The translations under genes and the position numbers were made by a program. A stretch of DNA of 64,000 bases from a candidate division WWE3 bacterium (GTDB lineage: Bacteria > Patescibacteriota > 4484-211 > GCA-002791395), in NCBI GenBank assembly GCA_013335095.1, contig JAAXWF010000001.1:22797-86796 (forward strand). The letters run 5' to 3'. Each line of letters opens with the position of its first letter. The stretch's first letter is position 1. Positions 1 to 8,900 of the stretch are shown here, one piece after another. The notes under the pieces are model-generated. The model saw nothing but the letters and a program-made list of their open reading frames with translations, searched no databases and was not told where the DNA came from.

Positions 1-258
1 TCGCCAGGTCTTAAAAATAGCCCAGACTTAGTGTCCGATTTATTAAATGATTACGAATGGGTATTAAACGAAGAATGTTTTAACTATGGAGAATGTAGCA
101 ATTACAGTTCATTTATTAGTGCCGGTAAGGCGGTATTTAACGTTGAATACGACCTGCAAAAGTCAGCATTTTGTACCGAGGCAACTCAACTGAAGTTCAG
201 CAGCTATCGGGCAAATCTTGCCCTTGATGGAAAACTGTGGGATCCGTGCAATCAATAA
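1..258 (+). CDS. C-terminal end of a protein whose ORF runs off the window start (function unknown)
   Basis: Frame 1 is open from base 1; stop at 256-258. Confidence 0.35.
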   Translation, partial: SPGLKNSPDLVSDLLNDYEWVLNEECFNYGECSNYSSFISAGKAVFNVEYDLQKSAFCTEATQLKFSSYRANLALDGKLWDPCNQ

Positions 259-261
259 AAA

Positions 262-288
262 ACCCCTTACAAAATTTGCAAGGGGTCC
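262..288 (-). terminator. Intrinsic terminator hairpin (cccctt/aagggg) with U-tract in minus orientation, 3' of gene 317-628
   Basis: Short inverted repeat preceded on plus strand by an A-tract. Confidence 0.4.
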
Positions 289-316
289 TACGTATTATGC
301 CTAAATGAGACAACCC

Positions 317-628
317 TTATTCACCGATCGGAGTCGTTCGATTAACGAGTGGAACATCAGATCGATTGTGGTTTTTTAGGTCGTCCAGCGTATAGATGCT
401 GAGCGCCCACAATGCTCCCTGAATAAATCCCAGCCACCGAAAGACTTTTTCCATCCGCCCTTCGTCAATAAACTCAAGCATCTTTGGGAGCATACCCAAA
501 CAATGCCCCAAGATATTGCGAGGAATCAGCGGTATTGAATCGTGAGGGAAATCGAGAGGAGATGCTCCGATCGCTTCAAGCTCCCGACGATATAACTCCA
601 AAACACCGCGAACTCGGTTCGCATCCAT
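317..628 (-). CDS. Hypothetical protein (high-GC); start trimmed to ATG at 628 with GGAGG RBS
   Basis: ORF track 317-685; internal ATG at 626-628 preceded by cggagg. Confidence 0.5.
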   Translation of the reverse strand: MDANRVRGVLELYRRELEAIGASPLDFPHDSIPLIPRNILGHCLGMLPKMLEFIDEGRMEKVFRWLGFIQGALWALSIYTLDDLKNHNRSDVPLVNRTTPIGE

Positions 629-719
629 ATTGATATGACCTCCGACGAGTTGATACCATCCACAACAAAAAATGCCCCGGAACACATGTGTGTACCGGGG
701 CCCATTAAGCGATCTGCGA

Positions 720-1268
720 CTACGCGCTCAGATCCTCAAGATCCTGAGGATCAACAAGCAGCACGCCATCGTCCACCAGGATCGGAACCAGGTCCAGCAG
801 CCCATCAGGCATTGGCTCCTTGCCGTCATCCTCATAGGCGACAACGGTGACCGGCTCATCCCGGTACAGAGCGGCAGAACCAACAGGTCGAGCGGGGCTG
901 ATGAATCGACGCCGATACTCAATCCGGACGCCGAATTTGGCCGCATACGCCAACAGGTGAAAGCACACGAACTCGAACTTAACCCAGGGGAAAAGTTCGG
1001 TAGCGCCGAGGTTGACCTCACGCTCCTTTTCCCCTCGGATACCCGCCTGGTACTGTGTACCATTCAGATCTGGCGATCGAGAAAAGATGAAGACATCGAC
1101 TGGTCGACGACTAAACATCTCATGAGGCGTCTCATGCACCTCAATCCGCGTCACCGTCAGACCACCGGCCAGGTCGACATGAACCACCATCCGCATGAAG
1201 TCCTCATCACCGGGAACTTCCTTCCCAAGCGCAGCCCGAATGAGCTCGACCAATTTTTCCGGAATCAT
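720..1268 (-). CDS. Hypothetical protein (high-GC), start MIPEKLVEL with AGGAGG RBS
   Basis: ORF 720-1328; ATG at 1266-1268 with aggagg 7 nt upstream on the minus strand. Confidence 0.55.
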   Translation of the reverse strand: MIPEKLVELIRAALGKEVPGDEDFMRMVVHVDLAGGLTVTRIEVHETPHEMFSRRPVDVFIFSRSPDLNGTQYQAGIRGEKEREVNLGATELFPWVKFEFVCFHLLAYAAKFGVRIEYRRRFISPARPVGSAALYRDEPVTVVAYEDDGKEPMPDGLLDLVPILVDDGVLLVDPQDLEDLSA

Positions 1269-1412
1269 TGAGAGTCCTCCTGAAGAAACGGTGCCTTTTG
1301 GCGTATTCATTATACAGCAGAAAGACAACTCTATAGGACAAGAATAAAAAAAATCCCTCTATACTTTTTGTGCATAGAGGGTGAAGAAAGTACCAGATGA
1401 TTTCTTTGATTG

Positions 1413-1712
1413 TCATACAACAAACGGTTCCAATACCTTTAGTCCATTTGGGCTAACAATAAAACGACCGGACTGATGTTCAATAAGTCCACACTTTACC
1501 ATCTGCTCAAACCAGTATCGATGCAGATGACGATCGAGCTGGCGGCAATGCGACATATAGTCGCGCCAACTAAATAAACTCCATGTGTTTCCAAAGTGCC
1601 GCTGCATAATTATGACCAGATTGGCCATAACCATTTCATATGCAGGATGCTCTAACCACCGACGTGGTGAATTCCGTACGATTTGAACCTGAGATGGTGC
1701 AAATGATGCCAT
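1413..1712 (-). CDS. Hypothetical protein (high-GC)
   Basis: 99-aa ORF with SD-like aaagggga upstream. Confidence 0.45.
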   Translation of the reverse strand: MASFAPSQVQIVRNSPRRWLEHPAYEMVMANLVIIMQRHFGNTWSLFSWRDYMSHCRQLDRHLHRYWFEQMVKCGLIEHQSGRFIVSPNGLKVLEPFVV

Positions 1713-1782
1713 CGGGATCCCCTTTCCAAAGGTTTCTAGACTTCACTCAACAGTGCTAGTGTATCAAATCAGTTGAAGAGAT

Positions 1783-1812
1783 AAAAAAATGCCCCCGTGT
1801 TTCCACGAGGGC
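1783..1812 (-). terminator. GAAA-tetraloop terminator hairpin, copy A (gcccccgtgtttccacgagggc preceded by A7 on plus strand)
   Basis: On minus-strand RNA it folds as a 9-bp stem with one G-U pair, a GAAA loop and a U-tract. On the plus strand the same position is a C-A mismatch. Confidence 0.7.
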
Positions 1813-1833
1813 TTAGGACTATACAAGCTTGAG

Positions 1834-2355
1834 CTAGCTTCGTGCTGACTCAAGGTACGACCACGGATGCTCTGAGCACCCATGGAACAGATTGGTCAAG
1901 ATCCATGCCCGGAGATCTGGGTATGACCCCAGCTTGTCGGACTCGTTATAGCACACGATTCGTGCCCGATGACGGTTACCCGCCCATAGATAGGCACGAA
2001 CGGTATCAGCTGAGCTCACACCGCGCCCCTCGTTAAGAGGAGCAGCAAGCTCTTTGAGCGCATTTGCGAGCCGCTTCAGATCCCCCCAATTCCGGTGGAA
2101 CTGAGTCGCGACTTGTTGGCAGGCACGGCGGACCGGCTGAGGTACGGCTTGGGCAAAGCCCCTGCACTCCACGGCCGAACCGGCGGTCACGACACGAACT
2201 TCGGTGTGATCAACAACTCCGTCACCGACGATCCGCGCCATGTGAACTGTCCACGGCCGATCAGGGTGAATTTCGATCGCCCACCCGCGCCACTCATAGT
2301 GGAGAGCGCCGTTATCCGTGACACGTTCAGTCTGCAGGACATTGTAAGGGGTCAT
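1834..2355 (-). CDS. Hypothetical protein (high-GC)
   Basis: 173-aa ORF; cggagg RBS upstream of ATG at 2355; adjacent to upstream gene (operon). Confidence 0.55.
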   Translation of the reverse strand: MTPYNVLQTERVTDNGALHYEWRGWAIEIHPDRPWTVHMARIVGDGVVDHTEVRVVTAGSAVECRGFAQAVPQPVRRACQQVATQFHRNWGDLKRLANALKELAAPLNEGRGVSSADTVRAYLWAGNRHRARIVCYNESDKLGSYPDLRAWILTNLFHGCSEHPWSYLESARS

Positions 2356-2367
2356 GATGTCCTCCGA

Positions 2368-2943
2368 TTACTTAGTGTCACTGAAGGTGCCCACGTTGTG
2401 AAGCGCCGCAAATCGTTCGAGGAGTGTTGGCACATCCTCGAAATGAATGAGGATCCGGTGGTAGTCACCGGAGCTATTGAATTGTAGACGCAGACCGTCA
2501 CCCAGATCCGGATATTCTTCTCTCCAGGCGGGATCGACATATCTACTGGCGTACTGGCACTGCCCCAAACCGTTCCGCCGCACAACATCACCGAAGCTGA
2601 CCCAGCGCTGCTCAAACAGCAACATCAGGTCCCCTTCATCGCTGACGATAGCAGTAAACCCATCCTCTTCTTCGCGGCACATTTCGCCGACGAAGTCATC
2701 TGCCTCGGGCATGACATACCCGAGATAGATGGTAAAACGAGTGCCGGTAAAGTTACCCAGGTACCGCTCGACCATCGCTCGTGCGGCCTCGATGACCGAC
2801 TCCTCCACGTGGAGGAAGTAGAAATAGTCATCAAGCGCCTCCCGATCGAGGCCGATTGCGGTGTATGCCGGCATATCAACGCCAAGCCTCCGAATAACCG
2901 AGTCATAAATGACCGGCTTCGCCTCCATTGTGGGGTCACTCAT
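2368..2943 (-). CDS. Hypothetical protein (high-GC); start MSDPTMEAK
   Basis: ORF 2368-2955; ATG at 2943 preceded by ggaggg. Confidence 0.55.
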   Translation of the reverse strand: MSDPTMEAKPVIYDSVIRRLGVDMPAYTAIGLDREALDDYFYFLHVEESVIEAARAMVERYLGNFTGTRFTIYLGYVMPEADDFVGEMCREEEDGFTAIVSDEGDLMLLFEQRWVSFGDVVRRNGLGQCQYASRYVDPAWREEYPDLGDGLRLQFNSSGDYHRILIHFEDVPTLLERFAALHNVGTFSDTK

Positions 2944-3061
2944 AGAGCCCTCCATCGTAATCCAAAGGAGCCCAGTGCTCCTCCGCCATTCGCGTCAACT
3001 AATTGTATAAGAAATACACAACAAAGTAAATACTATAGGATCACACAGGTATTAATCGTCG

Positions 3062-3394
3062 TTACTCTAAGTAAGTTGGTTCGAAATTTACATTTCCACC
3101 AGCCTTAACATCGATGGTGATACCCGCCAATTTATATGTTACTGGCAATTCTAATATTTTTTGAGTTCGTAAGCTCATTCGAGCAAGCATTTCTGGCTGC
3201 GGTTGTTGAGGCTTTCCATCAACCAATAGTTGGACACATTCACTAATTTGTTGTTGATTGTTCAAAATAAATGTACCAGTGACCTCGGTAGACAAATCAA
3301 AAGAACCATACGGTGAATACATTATTTTTGATAGATCAAGAAAAATTTGATACATGACCTCGTTTGGGTCACCAGATGTAGATAATTCCTGCAT
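3062..3394 (-). CDS. Hypothetical protein
   Basis: 110-aa ORF, no recognisable motif. Confidence 0.35.
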   Translation of the reverse strand: MQELSTSGDPNEVMYQIFLDLSKIMYSPYGSFDLSTEVTGTFILNNQQQISECVQLLVDGKPQQPQPEMLARMSLRTQKILELPVTYKLAGITIDVKAGGNVNFEPTYLE

Positions 3395-3507
3395 TTATTA
3401 TAGTATAGCATTTAGCATTATAGTTGAACACAATGAGGAACTAACTTAACTCATAACACTAACAACGTAGTATAATATCTTCGTCCGCTTTTCAGTAAGG
3501 AGTGTCA

Positions 3508-4377
3508 ATGGAGCCTATTCGGAAGTCGGTTGACGAGATTGCTTCGGAGCTGGGCATCGATTTTGATGCTGCAGATCCGGCAAAAGATTTGGAACGGCTG
3601 ATATGCCATCTCGTTGAGGTTCGCAAAGTCGAACTTCAAAAATCGGCTGAAGAAATTCAGATCGAAGCCCAAAGACGCGTTTATCTCGCGGCAGAACAGA
3701 TCGCGGAACGTCTCCAAGGAAGGCTAACGAAAAGGCATCGACGAATCCTTGCTCAGATACATCTGGGCGTACTGGTAGTCGATGACCTTAATGGGTTAAC
3801 ATCCGATCCGCATGAACGATTGGATCTACCCGACCGATTACTCGAAGGCCTGCCTGGTCAAATCATTCGGGAACGGCTAATCGTGACCGTTCATGGGATG
3901 GTAATCAGGCCATACTTAGCTCTGGTGCTGCGCGCATCGGTGTTAAAACACCCAGACGGAGATACCACCATAATCCACGAGATTATGCATCTTCTGGGTG
4001 AAAATAACCTCCCGATGCTGCTAAATGAAGCAGCTACCGATCGATACGTCGTTACCGTTCGGCGGGTCGATCATCAACCCGAAAGTCGAATGACGCTCGG
4101 ATATCGGCTGGCATATTACTGTTGGAACACAGTAGCAACCGTGGCAGGAACCCAGCGAGTCTGGGAGGCCTACACGGATGAAGCCTTGGTAGAAGAGGTC
4201 AAAGACCAACACGGTCACTGGATCAAAAAGCGACTGGTGGGGCATCCGTTTCACGATTACATGCGCGAACGGATGAAAAGACCCCAGTTATGGGATCAGT
4301 TTCTGATTCATGTGACCAAGAAACAGATGATCAGAGCATATCTGATTATTTTGTTTGGGTTCAAAAATCCGGATTAA
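3508..4377 (+). CDS. Hypothetical protein with HExxH motif (HEIMH); possible zinc metallopeptidase-like
   Basis: aaggag RBS at 3497-3502; TATAAT at about 3468; HEIMHLLGE motif. Confidence 0.5.
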   Translation: MEPIRKSVDEIASELGIDFDAADPAKDLERLICHLVEVRKVELQKSAEEIQIEAQRRVYLAAEQIAERLQGRLTKRHRRILAQIHLGVLVVDDLNGLTSDPHERLDLPDRLLEGLPGQIIRERLIVTVHGMVIRPYLALVLRASVLKHPDGDTTIIHEIMHLLGENNLPMLLNEAATDRYVVTVRRVDHQPESRMTLGYRLAYYCWNTVATVAGTQRVWEAYTDEALVEEVKDQHGHWIKKRLVGHPFHDYMRERMKRPQLWDQFLIHVTKKQMIRAYLIILFGFKNPD

Positions 4378-4425
4378 TTATCCGTATGTGGGGGGAAGGT
4401 TCGCCTTCCCCTTTTATATTCGGGG

Positions 4426-5013
4426 TTAGTCGACTGGAACAAATCGTGCTCGGGTGAAGGAAAATGCAGCGTAGGTTGATTCTCGCTTGGTAACCATTAA
4501 GTTATGTTGACCAGGTGTAAGCGTTATCGTATCGACCGGCAACCAAACCATTCCCTTAGTATCCATGGCTTTGTGGTTATATAAAAGCTTTTGGGACTGA
4601 TCTATAAATACAGTCACATTCCGATCTCCATCTTTGCACAGTCCATCATCACTCGTATAAAAATCCATTCGGTAACGACCTTGTTTTTCGATAGTAAATG
4701 GAATAATGACTTGTGCCTCTTTGTACGCTAAGTAGGCTTCATATCCCCGCGAAGTTTCGGCTAAATAGGTACTGCCCTCTCCATTTTCTCCGTAATTAGT
4801 AATCTTTCCGTCACGAGCTTCGACGATTATTGAACCTGGAATAAGTGTCGGCTCTGCAGTTGGTACGATAGTAATTGGAAAATTTTTATCGGTGCTTGAT
4901 AAATCAGTTGGTGCTTTTGGCATTCGCATAAATACAAATACACCCATACCTGCAATAATAATGATACCTGCTGCTACTAATATTTCAATAATCCCAAACC
5001 CACGCTTGTCCAT
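4426..5013 (-). CDS. Type IV pilin/pseudopilin-like protein (prepilin N-terminus KRGFGIIEIL)
   Basis: G|F cleavage motif with E at +5 and a hydrophobic helix; start placed at internal ATG 5013. Confidence 0.6.
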   Translation of the reverse strand: MDKRGFGIIEILVAAGIIIIAGMGVFVFMRMPKAPTDLSSTDKNFPITIVPTAEPTLIPGSIIVEARDGKITNYGENGEGSTYLAETSRGYEAYLAYKEAQVIIPFTIEKQGRYRMDFYTSDDGLCKDGDRNVTVFIDQSQKLLYNHKAMDTKGMVWLPVDTITLTPGQHNLMVTKRESTYAAFSFTRARFVPVD

Positions 5014-5153
5014 ACAAACACTATAACGGGAATATATTTCTGCTGCAATAGAATTGTTTAATTGAATAAAGGAAAGTTTAAAACAAAGTGCAATTTCTAG
5101 CCTGTTTCTTATTAACCTCAAAACAGGCTCAGAAATGCAATTTTAGATAAATC

Positions 5154-5507
5154 TTACCAGCGATTTCCGCCGCCTCGATTATATCCACCACCATTTCGGT
5201 TTCCACCATTCCGGTTTCCGCCACCTCGATTACCACCGCCTCGATTTCCTCCTCGATCCTCCATAGGACGAGCTTCATTAACAACTAATGTTCGACCTTC
5301 GATCTCATAATTGTTGAAACGACTAATCGCTGCTGCTGCGTGTTCATCATTCGCCATTTCGACGAATCCAAAGCCTTTGCTTCGTCCCATTTCACGATCA
5401 ATAATGATGTTTACGGTGTCGACTTGGCCAGCTTGCTGAAACAGCGCTTCGAGGTCGCGTTCGGTCATTGAGTATGGTAATCCACCTACAAATAATTTTT
5501 TTGCCAT
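5154..5507 (-). CDS. RRM-type RNA-binding protein with glycine-rich C-terminus (paralog 1)
   Basis: RNP-1 KGFGFVEM and RNP-2 LFVGGL; GGNRGGG repeats; ggaggtg RBS. Confidence 0.85.
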   Translation of the reverse strand: MAKKLFVGGLPYSMTERDLEALFQQAGQVDTVNIIIDREMGRSKGFGFVEMANDEHAAAAISRFNNYEIEGRTLVVNEARPMEDRGGNRGGGNRGGGNRNGGNRNGGGYNRGGGNRW

Positions 5508-5650
5508 TGTAATCACCTCCGATTCTGATTTTGACTTGTTAATATGGAAATAGTTAAAAAACAAAAGGGCAATACAAAAACGCCTTTTCCGATTAAAAAT
5601 TTACGCACATGCTGCCCTAAATCACGGGTGTGCGTATATTATACGCTATA
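5508..5650 (-). promoter_or_regulatory. Promoter (TATAAT) plus about 120-nt conserved 5' leader of RRM gene 1
   Basis: Minus strand reads gcgTATAATatacgcacacccgtgatttaggg; blocks shared with the RRM2 leader. Confidence 0.5.
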
Positions 5651-5741
5651 ATCGGGATATGTACACAGGTACAGTTGCAATCGGATCTCTATTTACTCAT
5701 TGACAGGCATCATTCAAGATCGCTAATCTTAAAATATCAAA

Positions 5742-6131
5742 ATGAAATACATACCCCTTATCCTGGGTACTGCTCTTTTTTTAGTGCTAAATGTTTTATT
5801 CGTATATCCACAGTATGTGATTACTCAACAAAACCTGGATTGTCCTGCTGGATGTGTTATTGAAACAGGAGTTCCATTTCCATGGAAAAAACTTCATACG
5901 AGCTCCGTTATTATTAACATACGAGAGCCTGACCCTGAGTATTATTACAATTATAATTACTTAGCAATTGATTTAATCTTTTGGGCAGCCATCAGTTATG
6001 GTACGAGTTACGGTATGGCTATGATACTACAACATTTAGAACCCAAGACACAGTTATCACAACAAGAAGCAAGTATAAAACCGAAATCCACGAGAAGGAA
6101 AAAAGGGATCACCAAACCAAAATCTAAATAA
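5742..6131 (+). CDS. Hypothetical small membrane protein
   Basis: N-terminal hydrophobic segment; lysine-rich C-terminus. Confidence 0.4.
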   Translation: MKYIPLILGTALFLVLNVLFVYPQYVITQQNLDCPAGCVIETGVPFPWKKLHTSSVIINIREPDPEYYYNYNYLAIDLIFWAAISYGTSYGMAMILQHLEPKTQLSQQEASIKPKSTRRKKGITKPKSK

Positions 6132-6158
6132 AAAAAGCCCCCGTGTTTCCACGAGGGC
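6129..6158 (-). terminator. GAAA-tetraloop terminator hairpin, copy B
   Basis: Identical 22-nt core to copy A; A-tract on plus side gives a U-tract for the minus gene 6180-6950. Confidence 0.7.
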
Positions 6159-6179
6159 GAGATTACCCGATACGTACTC

Positions 6180-6950
6180 TTACTTTTCTACCTTGACGAC
6201 GATATAGTCGCCGATTTCTCCCGACAAACCGTGTGAGACCGCGGTCTTAAGAAAATCCGCGATAGCGTCGGCATTAGTGCGACCGATGCCATGCATTCGC
6301 GGATTTGTATTCAACCGAGCTCGCATCGCCCCACACAGCTGGCCCCGCGACGCCTTCGGATCATAATACACCTCGATGTGAGGCTTTTCGATCCACCACA
6401 GGAGCCGATCGGCATGCTTCATCATCGCCAGCTGTGCAGCTACCTTTCGGAGCTGTTCGGGCGTGACTTGCAGAAACTTCATGAGTCCAGCCAGCTGGTC
6501 GAGACTCATCGAATCCTCGTGGCCAGCACATCGGGCGATAAACCCGAGTAGAACTGACGTCGGATGAACCTGCCGATCACACAGATGATGGAGCAAAAAC
6601 TCCATCGCCCCGGCGAGATCCCCCCATGCAGTATTGTAGCTATCAGGAATAATCCTGGCTGGGAGCTCGCCTTCGTCACGGACACCGGCAGTGGGTACAT
6701 ACTCAAACCCTAAGAAGTACTCCACGGTGGCCGTTGGTGCGGCCATGCTCAGAAAGATATCCTGAGGCGTGGGATGGGCTAAATACTGTGCCACAGCCTC
6801 AGCGTGGTCACGGACCTCAATGATGAGGACCCGGCGCCACCGATCCTTTTCCGAAACGAGGGCGTAAATCTCCTGAACAGTCGGTACTCGATCTCCTGGG
6901 AAAACGAGCACTAAAAATGGTGCTCGCTGCTCCGGATCATGTGTCGACAT
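6180..6950 (-). CDS. Hypothetical protein (high-GC); intact copy of the family that includes 7096-7828
   Basis: ORF 6180-6980; ATG 6950 with aggagg RBS. Confidence 0.55.
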   Translation of the reverse strand: MSTHDPEQRAPFLVLVFPGDRVPTVQEIYALVSEKDRWRRVLIIEVRDHAEAVAQYLAHPTPQDIFLSMAAPTATVEYFLGFEYVPTAGVRDEGELPARIIPDSYNTAWGDLAGAMEFLLHHLCDRQVHPTSVLLGFIARCAGHEDSMSLDQLAGLMKFLQVTPEQLRKVAAQLAMMKHADRLLWWIEKPHIEVYYDPKASRGQLCGAMRARLNTNPRMHGIGRTNADAIADFLKTAVSHGLSGEIGDYIVVKVEK

Positions 6951-7047
6951 ACGTCGCCTCCTGGTAAGTAAACCTTCCACAGCCGCTTAAAACGGTAGAC
7001 ACATTATAGTATTAAAGGGACATTTACGCAAACTATGGGATTTAACT

Positions 7048-7080
7048 AAAAAAATATACCCCCGTGTTTCCACGAGGGTA
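7048..7080 (-). terminator. GAAA-tetraloop terminator hairpin, copy C
   Basis: tacccccgtgtttccacgagggta preceded by an A-tract. Confidence 0.65.
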
Positions 7081-7095
7081 TGCAAAGGACTCGAT

Positions 7096-7455
7096 TTATC
7101 CGATACGACAATCGACCTTCGATATGGTAACTCCTTTTAGTAACCTCAATTCAGATGATCGATTGACCATCTCCATGGCGATGAGAGTCGAAACATCGGC
7201 CAAAACCAAACAACCAGATAATGGCCAATATTGAACAAGCACCGAGACGAGCTGGTCTAGCGATGTAATTTGCGATCCCGTTGTACGCGAAAGAGTGGGC
7301 GGGATATGACGAACCAGCTTCAGAATACCCGATGGAACTGGTTCTTCTGGCATAATAAAGACACGAGCAGACCGATAGCCAAACACGATTGCCGCCCGGC
7401 CCAAAGTGCGAGCGTCGACAGTGGTCGCCACAGCAACCCCCTTATGTATCCACAA
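7096..7455 (-). pseudogene. Fragment homologous to the middle/C-terminal part of the 6180-6950 protein (SLDQL..., LIAMEM blocks); probably a disrupted paralog
   Basis: Colinear similarity to 6180-6950 in a different frame from the adjacent N-terminal fragment. Confidence 0.4.
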
Positions 7456-7543
7456 TGTGCGCTTAGGATTATAGGTTTATTATACCAACACAATCAAAAT
7501 AATAAAAACCCCCATGATTATTTCACAGGGGCAACGTTGTTAT

Positions 7544-7828
7544 TTAATAAACGTCAGTCGGATTCGATTCTGGTAGCGGAGTGAATCCGACAAAAACGCT
7601 TCGACACCGATCGGGAGCACTACGGCTCAAGAACATTCGCCACGGTGTACGCTCATTAATAAAATGGTCGATGGCGTCTTGCATTCCAGCGACTTGCCGG
7701 ATAATGATCCGCCGAAATCGCTCATCTTTATGGAGTAAATCCCGAACAGTTTCTTCGGTGGGAATGGGATCATCCCCGAAGACAAAAACGATAATAGGCG
7801 CATATCCTTCTGGGTTAATGCCGTTCAT
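7544..7828 (-). pseudogene. N-terminal-domain fragment of the same family (APIIVFVFGDDPIPT... resembles APFLVLVFPGDRVPT...)
   Basis: Stops after about 94 aa whereas the paralog continues; a degenerate terminator-repeat copy lies in the gap at 7503-7531. Confidence 0.4.
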
Positions 7829-7926
7829 AGATCCCTCTATTAACCTGCAAACATGGCATGGCCATTCCCTTTGCTACTTACCGCCACAAACGCGCAGGTA
7901 TATTATACATACAGATTCATACATTC

Positions 7927-8169
7927 ATGCGAAAAAATATTGGAACCACTGATCGAATTATTAGAATACTAATCGGAGTAATATGTTTAATCGCGGCATT
8001 GATACTCCGAAACCTTTTTATTGCAGCACTAGGGGTATTCGCTCTTTATGAAGGATTAGCCTCATGGTGTGCACTTTATCAATTGATAGGAAAAAATACG
8101 TGCCCAATTGATTTACCGTCTCTGCAACATAACAATAGTTCTAAGCAGCAATCAAAAAAGGTTGCCTAA
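7927..8169 (+). CDS. DUF2892/YgaP-like small inner-membrane protein
   Basis: Two TM helices; C-terminal CAL...GKNTCP signature; start trimmed to ATG 7927. Confidence 0.45.
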   Translation: MRKNIGTTDRIIRILIGVICLIAALILRNLFIAALGVFALYEGLASWCALYQLIGKNTCPIDLPSLQHNNSSKQQSKKVA

Positions 8170-8764
8170 TTATAGTCTTCATCTTTTCAGGGGCGACACG
8201 TCGAATATCACTAAGGTAAATTTCATGATGTTTTTGTTTATGGCCGTTAAATTCGCTTCCCAATTCGGTAATAAATTCATGAACCTTTTTAATTGTTGGG
8301 CCTTCTTCAGAGAATGGTCCAAGATGCATAATCTGAGCCGCGACACCTTCGTCGAAGGATTCAAATCGCAGTTTACTAATATCCAATTTTTTATCAGCAG
8401 AAACCTGATCAATTGTTTCAAGATAATCATCATGCGTCACAACATCGGGCTGCATAATCATATACGTCCACTTCCATTTTTCTTTTTTGCCCGAAGTAAA
8501 GTCGTTCATATTATCTGCCCACCACAATCCTTCAAGAGGCATTACCCCAAAGTCAATCTGTCGAGTCTTTTTTATATGAAATTTAATTTTGTAAGCGACC
8601 GGAAATAACGTCTCAATAGCAGACTTTGCCTGTGGTGAAGTGTTCGGATCACCCATACCATCAATCATTATGTAGTTCCATACAGGTAGCGTAATAATTT
8701 CGACTTCTTTTGATGACGGAGCATAAAACTCCGCCAGTAGTTTCTTATAATCAATTTTTGACAT
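8141..8764 (-). CDS. GyrI-like small-molecule-binding domain protein
   Basis: Length and pattern (HEIYLSDIRR...) typical of GyrI/SbmC-like effector-binding fold. Confidence 0.4.
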   Translation of the reverse strand: MSKIDYKKLLAEFYAPSSKEVEIITLPVWNYIMIDGMGDPNTSPQAKSAIETLFPVAYKIKFHIKKTRQIDFGVMPLEGLWWADNMNDFTSGKKEKWKWTYMIMQPDVVTHDDYLETIDQVSADKKLDISKLRFESFDEGVAAQIMHLGPFSEEGPTIKKVHEFITELGSEFNGHKQKHHEIYLSDIRRVAPEKMKTIIRQPFLIAA

Positions 8765-8900
8765 CCGAAGAATTTATAGTACGAAAATCACTTATAACTT
8801 CAAACGATATAGATCACACTTTTTTTAACGAAACAAAGATATATTAGAAATAATTTACTTTTTTCAGTATGATTCTAATAATGCTGTAAAAGACTTAAAT

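Noticed and set aside
635-1271. Overlapping alternative-frame ORFs (635-850, 672-1271, 728-1063) and many similar ones inside high-GC genes (for example 2064-2487, 13276-13845, 18150-18413, 20600-21280, 25414-25665)
   Set aside because: High-GC coding DNA produces long stop-free shadow frames. Their predicted proteins are Arg/Pro/Ser-rich with no RBS, and they overlap better-supported genes.
7551-7590. tRNA-like hairpin (tcggattcg...cggagtgaatccga)
   Set aside because: It is a single stem-loop at the 3' end of an ORF with no cloverleaf, no T-loop GTTCRANYC and no acceptor stem.
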